Source of the DNA: Eledone cirrhosa
Lineage: Eukaryota
Direction: 5' to 3'
NCBI GenBank assembly: GCA_964016885.1
Contig: CAXHJY010001125.1
Coordinates: 1-64,000 of the forward strand
Length of the DNA stretch: 64,000 bases
The translations under genes were made by a program, and so were the position numbers. Below are positions 53,074 to 64,000 of this stretch, in pieces. How positions within the stretch are numbered: position 1 is the stretch's first letter; each line of letters begins with the position of its first letter. The notes under the pieces were generated by a model. That model was not told where the DNA came from and did no database searches. It saw only the letters and a list, made by a program, of their open reading frames with translations.

Positions 53074-53738
53074 GGAAGGGTGTAGAGTCTGCAAACGATG
53101 GAGGGAAGGTCTGTTTGAGGCTGGTGTGTGTCCAGAGAAGCAGACGACATTGGTTCAAATCACTACATGGTGGAGGAAGGGTGTAGAGTCTACACTGCAA
53201 ACGATGGAGGGAAGGTCTGTTTGAGGCTGGTGTGTGTCCAGAGAAGCAGACGACATTGGTTCAAATCACTACATGGTGGAGGAAGGGTGTAGAGTCTACA
53301 CAGCAGACGATGGAGGGAAGGTCTGTTTGAGGCTGGTGTGTGTCTAGAGAAGCAGACGACATTGGTTCAAATCACTACATGGTGGAGGAAGGGTGTAGAG
53401 TCTACACTGCAAACGATGGAGGGAAGGTCTGTTTGAGGCTGGTGTGTGTCCAGAGAAGCAGACGACATTGGTTCGAAACACTACATGGTGGGGGAAGGGT
53501 GTAGAGTCTACACTGCAAACGATGGAGGGAAGGTCTGTTTGAGACTTGTGTGTGTCCAGAGAAGCAGACGACATTGGTTCGAATCACTACATGGTGGAGG
53601 AAGGGTGTAGAGTCTACACTGCAAACGATGGAGGGAAGGTCTGTTTGAGGCTGGTGTGTGTCCAGAGAAGCAGACGACATTGGTTCAAATAACTACATGG
53701 TGGAGGATTAAAGAGTGTAGAGTCTACACAGCAGACGA
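53074..53738. repeat. 106-bp tandem repeat
   Basis: About 6.3 units; period read from ggaagggtgtagagtc at 53175, 53281 and 53387. Confidence 0.92.
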
Positions 53739-53884
53739 TCACCAGCTTCTAAAGCCACCAGGGAACCGCATCAACTATATATCTTAGCTCAGAGTATTTA
53801 GCTCTAGAAAACGAGATGTTGATTATCGAGTCAGTAAAGACTACAAACGGACAGCAAATATAATGTAAGAAAGAGGACAGACAA

Positions 53885-53925
<41 letters not shown>

Positions 53926-54340
53926 CGGATTACTGACACTAGTAAAAGATCCGACTCCACTGTATATCTACGGATTGTTAAATAGATCGCGTCTGGGTGC
54001 ATTTCACTACGGGAAAAGACAACAACACTGTGTGTAGGTATGTGTCTATGTATTATGTATGTTTATGTATGTGTGTATGTATGCATGTACGTATGTGTAT
54101 GTATGTATATGAATGTATGTATGTATGTATGTATGTATGTATGTATGTATGTATGTATGTATGTATGTATGTATGTATGTATGTATGTATATGTGTATGT
54201 ATGTATGTATGCCTATATGTATAATATATATGTGTATGTATGTAAGCATGTATGTATGTGTGAAAGTATGTACGTATGTGTGTATATATGTGTATGTATG
54301 TATGTATGTATGTATGTATGTATGTATGTATGTATGTATG

Positions 54341-54948
54341 TCAGGTCACCAGTTGGTGCTACTGGTAACATGTATCCCAGTACAACCTGTCTCATGGTCG
54401 GGTCGTTGGCGACTAAACTGGCAACCCCACCAAGGTTTCTTGGTGAGGAGGGTGACTTTGGACATCCTGCAGGACTAAAAACAAAACCTGTCAAAGGGCA
54501 AAGGAGCTCTTAAGAGTCAATGGCCATCCAAAATCCCCTGGAGAGATGACCCCTTAGCCTTTGTCAAGGCAGAATTCTAGGAGAAGGAAAACTCTGATAT
54601 AACACCTGCAACCCTGATGGTATCCAATGATGTTGACTTGTTCTTCTTTTTGGTAAATATCATCTTGGTTAAGAGAGTGGGACTGGCTTTGTGCAGTGCC
54701 TTTGCTCACTATAAAAGCTTCATGGCACAGGCATTGCTTTATATCTGGGGATCTCTCTGCACTTGTCGTCACATGGTACCATGGGCCCAGCACTATGTGT
54801 CAATAATTGTCACAAGTGTAGTGTTTGTACCAGAGCTTTCAAGTCGCTGGCTGGACTAAAAAGTCACAGTCGTTCAGCGGATCGGTAGGGGTTCTCCTAT
54901 ATGCATATAAAGTAGTGGCCGTACTCGAAAACGAGTTGGCAGCCACCA
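54341..54948 (+). mobile_element. Internally deleted (bipartite) RTE LINE inside (TATG)n
   Basis: RTE-like 5'UTR (taggagaaggaaaactctga); 54805-54888 encodes NCHKCSVCTRAFKSLAGLKSHSRSADR*, an RTE-type C-terminal zinc finger; 3' hairpin ctcgaaaacgag. Confidence 0.75.
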
Positions 54949-55364
54949 TGTATGTATGTATGTATGTATATGTGTATGTATGTATATATATATATGTATG
55001 TATGCCACTGTATGATAATGTGTGTGGTACCTAATAACGTCTGTAATATATCTGTTTGCTTATATCCAAGACACAGAAGTGTTAAACGGAGATTAATCGT
55101 TCTATGCAAGGGAAACCTTATTATCGGACATAACACCATTTAAAGATATCGTATCTCTTATTGACAGCTAAATAAGGTGGGGAGGCATTAAAGCGAGGAA
55201 AAGGGTGAGGAGAAAGGTGATATTATTAAGAGACATAAATAATCACATGCCACAGAATAAATGAGATGTCAACTAAAAACATAGGAGAGTCCAAGGAAAT
55301 CATGTTAATCCACACCTGACTGGAGTAGACTGGATCTTAAACCACCTTGAGTAAGGTTACACTG

Positions 55365-56030
55365 ACAGACTGGTGAGGACCAGAGATGTGTTTTCACTGC
55401 TCAGATAAGGTGGCACTGGCTAACAGACTGGTGAGGACCAGAGATGTGTTTTCACTGCTCAGATAAGGTGGCACTGGCTAACAGACTGGTGAGGACCAGA
55501 GGTGTGTTTTCACTGCTCAGATAAGATGGCACTGGCTAACAGACTGGTGAGGACCAGAGATGTGTCTTCACTGCTCAGATAAGGTGGCACTGGCTAACAG
55601 ACCGGTGAGGACCAGAGGTGTGTTTTCACTGCTCAGATAAGGTGTCACTGGCTAACAGACTACTGAGGACCAGAGGTGTGTTTTCACTGCTCAGATAAGG
55701 TGTCACTGGCTAACAGACTACTGAGGACCAGAGGTGTGTTTTCATTGCTCAGATAAGGTGTCACTGGCTAACAGACTACTGAGGACCAGAGGTGTGTTTT
55801 CACTGCTCAGATAAGGTGACACTGGCTAACAGACTGGTGAGGACCAGAGGTGTGTTTTCACTGCTCAGATAAGGTGTCACTGGCCAACAGACTACTGAGG
55901 ACCAGAGGTGTATTTTTACTGCTCAGCTAAGGTGACATTGGCTAACGGACTACTGAGGACCAGAGGTGTGTTTAGCTAAGGTGGCGTTGACTAATAAACT
56001 GCTGACTATTGAGGGCCAGAGGTGTGTTTT
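55365..56030. repeat. 58-bp minisatellite
   Basis: About 11 units acagactggtgaggaccagagatgtgttttcactgctcagataaggtggcactggcta, degenerating rightwards. Confidence 0.92.
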
Positions 56031-56904
56031 CATAGAATTGCTGCAGAATAACTGATCTGACGGCTGCTACTCCTGATAGGAGGGAGGGGCCAGAATTTGA
56101 ACACACGATGCAAAAGAGCTGGAACAGATGATGTAAAATTTAAATCATTCCGTCCGACTCTTTAGAAATTCTGTCAATCCACCGTCCCTGCATTGGTACT
56201 TTATTTCTCGACTCTGAGTGGATAACAGAGTTGGACTTGAACTTAGAGTGCAGAGAGTTGGGACAAATATCGAAGTATTTAATTTATCAAATTAACTAAA
56301 ATATATTTCATTAGAAATACTGTCACAAAATGCAATCATAATTTCTCCCTCGCGAATACCACAGGAGCTGCTAGCTACCCTCTGTTACAGAAACTGATCA
56401 CAGACCCCCAGATCAACTCTCCCATGATACCTGTATAGAAAAATAGATTACTGTAAGCAAACATAGCTAACAACTGACTTAGCTAACAAATGAGGAAGTG
56501 GTATGAAATATAAAACCAATTCTCGTTAAACACAGAAGAGTTAGTTATTTACCTCAAATGATTCTATTAATATCAGGAAAGAAATGAAGAGCAGCAGACA
56601 TTAAGGTTGAAAGAGAGAAAGAAATGGAAAGGGGTGTGGTTGAGGTGGAGTAGGGTGTGGTTGAGGTGGGGTCGGGGCACTCTAAAGAACATGATCCTAG
56701 CTTGAGTAGGAGAAAGAAAGAACCTGTTAGTTGAAAGTGAAAGTTGGAGAAGTAAAGTTAAGTGTTTGATATTACAGAAAACTGTCCCACATATTTCGAT
56801 GTAAAACGAGAAGCACAGCTCGTATATCAACCCCGCCTAGCTTCCCACGTGTTAGTTTTAGCAATATAGGAACTAGGATATTAGTTATTTATTTATTTGT
56901 TATT

Positions 56905-57620
56905 ATTGGTTTCTTATATAGGCACAAGGCCAACAATTTTGAGCAAGGGGAAGTCGATTAAATCGACCCCAGTACATTACTGGTGCTTTATTTTATCGAC
57001 CCTGTAAGGATGAAAGGCAAAGCTAACCTAATAATAATAATGATGATGGTGATGATAATAATAATAATAATAATTTGTGATTTAGGAACAAGGCCAGTAA
57101 TTTTGGGGAGGGACAGCCGATTAAATCGACCCCAGTACATTACTGGTGCTTTATATTATCAACCCCGTAAGGATGAAAAGCAAAGTTAACCTCGGCGGGA
57201 TTTGTACTCAGATCATAAAGGGCTGTAACTCCATGCTGCAAACGCATGGCGTTCGACCCTCTACCGACACTGCCACTCCACCTATTATTATTGGTGCTTT
57301 GGCAGTATCGGTAGAGCGTCGGACACCATGCTTTGCAGCATAGAGTCACGGCCCTTTACGTTCTGAGTTCAAATCCCGCCGAGGTTAACTTTGCCTTTCA
57401 TCCTTACGGGGTCGATAAAATAAAGTACCAGTAATGCACTGAGATAATTGCTGGCCTTGTGCCAAAAGTAGAAACAATTATTATTATTTCTATTACTACT
57501 ATTGAGGATGGTGGATTAGCAAAATCGATAGTGTCGGGGAAATGCTTTGCAGGGTTTAGCTACGGCCCTTTGCATCCTGAGTTCAAATCCCACCAAGGTC
57601 AACTTTGCCTTTCATCCTTT
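56905..57620. mobile_element. SINE family 1 cluster (-, -, +, + diverged) with a head-to-head pair at 57075-57485
   Basis: Family-1 matches on both strands. Confidence 0.88.
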
Positions 57621-57944
57621 ATTTTAAAGTGTTTATATTTCTCTAAAAACCTTTCATCATAATTTTATATAAGAACTCTTCATTTATGCTCCAAGCAGCA
57701 GATAAATAAATAAATAACCAGAAAATTACCTTATTTAATCACTCCCAATTCTTGGGTATTTTCAATACTTTTTTGAAAATACTGTGGCAATGTCTTTCAT
57801 TAGAAATAGAGCAATAAAAAGGTTACGCATCGTTTTTAAACCTTACAGTGACATAAACAGTCTACCAACAATCATAAGCTTGGCTCACCGTCCTATTTGA
57901 CGTATAAAGGTGAATCTCCCCACACTGGCAAGTACACAAGAGTT

Positions 57945-57991
57945 GTGTGTATGTGTGTCACTCTGTGTGTATGTGCGTCTGTGAGTGCATG

Positions 57992-58065
<74 letters not shown>

Positions 58066-58213
58066 CGTATGTATATATATACCTGTATGTATGTGTGTGT
58101 ATATATATATCTGTATGTATGTATGTATGTATATATATATATCTGTATGTATGTGTGTATATATATATATCTGTATGTATGTGTGTATATATATATATCT
58201 GTATGTATGTGCG

Positions 58214-58262
<49 letters not shown>

Positions 58263-58403
58263 ATATATATATATATCTGTATGTATATATATATATATAT
58301 ATATCTGTATGTATATATATATATATATATATATATCTGTATGTATGTGTGTATGTGTATATAGATATATATGTATGTATGTATGTATGGTTATTTATAT
58401 ATT

Positions 58404-58476
<73 letters not shown>

Positions 58477-58479
58477 ATT

Positions 58480-58511
<32 letters not shown>

Positions 58512-58520
58512 TTCACACAA
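57945..58520. repeat. (TA/TATG)n compound microsatellite
   Basis: Visible directly. Confidence 0.9.
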
Positions 58521-58942
58521 AACTAACATAGCTTTGCCTCACCTTGATGTTATAGAAGCCTATCTATAAATGCTTATCTCCAGCCCAACACCACCTCCAC
58601 ACACCACACACCACCTTCACAAAACTTCCTATCTATTTCTAGAATTGTGAGCTTTACCTGAGGGTTGTGTAAATATCTCTCCTAATGTTAACTTTAAAAT
58701 GATGTATCTCTTTCCACATTCTATCGTCTGATTAACTGTTGGTTCTTCTTATAGTGAGGCACAACAACAAACTTGAAGTGTATTAAACTATAGAAAACAC
58801 ACAGCAACATTTAATGGGGACATTTATCATCATTATATCATTATATCTTAATATCTTATATCTTAACATTTTATATCAACTTTTTGCAGGCAGCCAAATC
58901 TACCTGCTGCCCTTCCAGCGAAAATTCAAAGTGATATCGCTC

Positions 58943-60348
<1,406 letters not shown>

Positions 60349-60349
60349 G

Positions 60350-60460
60350 CGTTCAAATCCCGCCGAGGTTGACTTTGCCTTTCATCCTTACGGGGTCGAT
60401 AGAATAAAGTACCAGGAATTCTTTGGGTAATTGCTGGCCTTGTGCCTAAAGTAGAAACAG
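60350..60460 (+). mobile_element. SINE family 1, 3' part
   Basis: Family-1 match. Confidence 0.85.
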
Positions 60461-60509
60461 TTATATATATATATATATACACAATACCGTTTATTTTGGT
60501 AGATTAATC

Positions 60510-60570
<61 letters not shown>

Positions 60571-60626
60571 CTATATAAATTTATAATTATCTGAAATGGC
60601 GCAATACCAACGATTAAAAATATGTG

Positions 60627-60795
60627 ATACTTTTTCGGCAACCCCCGAAAAGGATTTAATCAAAATAAACCCTAATTTTTTAATACTTTTTCAGCAACCC
60701 CTGAAAAGGATTTAATCAAACTAAACCCTAATTTTTTAATACTTTTTAGGCAACCCCTGATGAAGATTTAAATCATACTGAACTCTAAATCTGAT
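60627..60795. repeat. ~56-bp tandem triplication
   Basis: atactttt..gcaacccc.ga...gattta occurs three times. Confidence 0.75.
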
Positions 60796-61276
60796 TTATA
60801 ATTGTTGTTGTGGTGGTTATTGTTGCCTAGTGCTAGGTCAGACTGACCGAGTAAAACCATAAGCAATGTACGCTCTAGCTGAGATCAGCATATCTATTTT
60901 TAGACATAATGTATTTAAAACTATATTATCTCCTTATTAAAAGAAAAAAAATACAAAAATGAGCAAAGCACGATTTGAAGCTTTCGTTATTCATTTGACG
61001 GGAGGTATAATAAATTCTTTAATTCCGTCTCTTTACTTCAGTGACCAAAATCAAACCAGTTGAAACTAGTCAGTCGTTAAAAATACTTCATACCGATGAA
61101 AAATACAGCAATGAAGACGAATAGTGTTAAAGTGTAGAGAAAGACAATCCAATCGACTTGAATACAGAAATTCGGTTTCCATTGATGGCTTGACACTTTC
61201 CTTATGATATTCCTCATGAAAAAGACTACGCTTTTCATTTCATTTTGGAAATAATCAAGAATTTCCAAGAATCCAA

Positions 61277-61462
61277 TAATTGTTTCTACTTTTGGCACAA
61301 GGCCAGCAATTCCCCCAGTGTATTACTGGTACTTTATTTTATCGACCCCGTAAGGATGAAAGGCAAAGTTAACCTCGGGGGTGATTTGAACTCAGAATGG
61401 CAAGGGCCGTAACTCTATGCGTCAAAGCATAGTGTCCGACCTTCTACCGACCCTGCCAATCC
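61277..61462 (-). mobile_element. SINE family 1, full length
   Basis: Reverse complement of the family-1 sequence. Confidence 0.88.
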
Positions 61463-61643
61463 TAACTATATAAATAACTTTCTAATTATTAAGTTGGTGT
61501 TTAAAGCATAATCGAACATAGGTTCTTGCATAAAGACTGGGGGCGGTTTCGGGCAGTTTAGTATCAAAAGGGTTAACCCATTCCATATGCTGTGTGGTAT
61601 AAATGCCCCTGGTTGTTCATGGGCATTATGACATTTCAGAAAC

Positions 61644-61702
<59 letters not shown>

Positions 61703-61709
61703 GTAATAA

Positions 61710-61843
61710 TAATTGTTTCTACTTTAGGCACAAGGCCAGCAATTACCCCAGTGTATTACTGGTACTTTATTTTATCGACCCCGTAAGGATGAAAGGCAAA
61801 GTCAACCTCGGCGGGATTTGAACTCAGATCGTAAAGGGACGTA
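61710..61843 (-). mobile_element. SINE family 1, 5'-truncated
   Basis: Reverse complement of the family-1 sequence. Confidence 0.88.
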
Positions 61844-63017
61844 ATAATAATAGTAATAAATTTGAAGACTAAAATCCAAAGAGGGCCTGATAAGGATTCT
61901 TTGCTTAAACTTTAATCTGTTATTTTAATAAATAAATATATATATATATATACATATTTATATATATGTATGTATATATATATATATGTATATATATGTA
62001 TATATATATATACATGTATATATGTATATGTATATATATATGTATATATATATACATATGTATATATGTATATATATACATATGTATATGTATATATATA
62101 TGTATAATCATCAAAGATTCTTGAACAGTTACGAAAAGGAAGAAACTTAACATCATTTTCCCTTCTCAGCCGCCATATTGGAACGGAGACTGTGTGATTT
62201 CAACTTGATTACAGAGGGCAGCAACGGCCCATCTCATGGATATCAGAAGATAGGGGCGGGGGGTTATGTTTATCCTCTGGAAGAGATGTATGTGAGACAT
62301 TACACGACACCATGGTAGACGTAGACATACAGTAATTAGACAGCGGTATAGAATAACAAATGACTAGACAAACAGAATGTTTGTTGGCAGACGACAGCAT
62401 AAAATATACAATAAGGGAACAAAACAAATTAAACATTGAAATAAAGATTTGAAAAAAAGTCTTACGACTATGATAGGTCCAGGGTAGCAACGTGAGGGGA
62501 AAATACTGAAGACTTTCGTCTGGAAACGAGTAAATGTCTGGGAGAAAAGAATTGAGCGTGCTGCACAGATGTTGTACAACGAAGGAAAAAACCGAATGGA
62601 GAAAGTAGGCGGAAGTTAAAGGAGATACCGAAAAGAGAATTATGGGTTAGAAACCGAGGATAGAGAAGGGAGAGAGAGAGAGGGGGGGGGGGGGGTAATT
62701 ATCCCAGTGAAAATAATATTTTGGTAGTTGGAACAAAATACTGTACCGTAATTAAATATTGACAAAAATTCTACAGGAAAAAACGCCAACAATTTTTGGT
62801 TAATATTTATTAAGGGCACAACATTATGTTCCAACTGCTAACATATTATTTTTGGCTGCGACAACCTCTCTCTTTTACACACCTTTTACCTGTATCCCAT
62901 CATTCTGTTTCTAGTGTATTATGTCTGTTCCCTCTTGTAATTCTTCGAGTCTCTCTTCTTTTGTGAAGAAGTTTTGACAATATATAATGGCGGCAAAGAA
63001 CAGATTTTTTCTTCCAA

Positions 63018-63063
<46 letters not shown>

Positions 63064-63172
63064 GAGTACAAAATTAAAATCAATATATATTCGTGAGAGT
63101 CGTTACAAAAAGTAGTTTTGGACGATAGAACTAAATTCGCTGGGCACCTAACCCAGTGTTTCTATGTCATCG

Positions 63173-63210
<38 letters not shown>

Positions 63211-63312
63211 GGTGGGTGGATGTGTGTGTACATATACCCATACACATACAGGCGCGCGCGTGGCCATGGAAACACTAGGTGTGGTGCCCATGAATATGTA
63301 TGTATATATGCA

Positions 63313-63357
<45 letters not shown>

Positions 63358-63494
63358 TCATATAAAAAACACAAACATACACGCACACACACATATATAT
63401 ATATATATAAACCCGAATGTATAGCTGATCCGTGTTATTCTTCACTCCTATAAATATATATATATATATATACACACACCCACACACACACACA

Positions 63495-63536
<42 letters not shown>

Positions 63537-64000
63537 GTAGTAAAGGAACGAGAGAGCCCTGTTATATTACATAAATTTTGTGTTATTCTATATGCTAAAA
63601 TATTTGAGAGCAAGCAAGCAAACAGTCATTTTGGATGTGAGCCAACATTCTTTCTGAGCATGTTTATAACAGCTGTGAGTTTTATATTCATTCCATCAAA
63701 TACTCTACATCCATCGCTGCGTTTATAATTTCCTCAGAGCAATCTTCACAGTTGGACCCTTCCCGGCTATTTAATTATCTTCCCTTAGTTTGAGTTCAAC
63801 TACGAACTATAGAAAACTCATCCAAATATCCTTTCCACCACCCCTACCACTGAAAATACAGGCCGTTTCAAAACCTGTATTTAGAGCTGTGTTTATGATG
63901 AATTGGCGGAGTCGTTAAGATGTTGGATTAAATACCTCGACAATTGTTTCGGCTCACTGCACTCCGAGTTCAAATCCTGCTGAGATAAACTTAATGTTTT

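Noticed and set aside
62500-62540. CTGAAGA...GAAAC..GTA hammerhead-like string (similar partial hits near 2640, 8640, 29296, 34750, 36157, 60757)
   Set aside because: Helix I pairing or the GAAA/UH elements are missing

Overview
AT-rich, microsatellite-saturated eukaryotic DNA that looks intronic or intergenic. Its SINE families, microsatellite style and 5S sequence resemble a coleoid cephalopod (Octopus-like); this is inferred, not verified. I found no intact host protein-coding gene, and nearly all listed ORFs are microsatellite translations. Supported features: one solitary full-length 5S rRNA copy; more than 25 copies of two tRNA-derived SINE families; 3' fragments of RTE, Tx1/L1-like and CRE-type LINEs; an internally deleted RTE; two hAT MITEs with 8-bp target-site duplications (TSDs); piggyBac-like MITEs; mariner and pogo ends; about ten minisatellites, several grown from inside dispersed repeats; and one well-bounded stop-containing exon candidate on the minus strand. 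The main hidden signal is at least six unrelated families of short (TA)n-embedded elements carrying minimal type I hammerhead ribozyme (HHR) motifs, typical of Penelope pLTRs or retrozymes. Several are complete (39555-39610, 41135-41193, 16690-16827, 38221-38356). Others are truncated or folded back into palindromes at the hammerhead core. The window is also dense in close inverted repeats that could form dsRNA.
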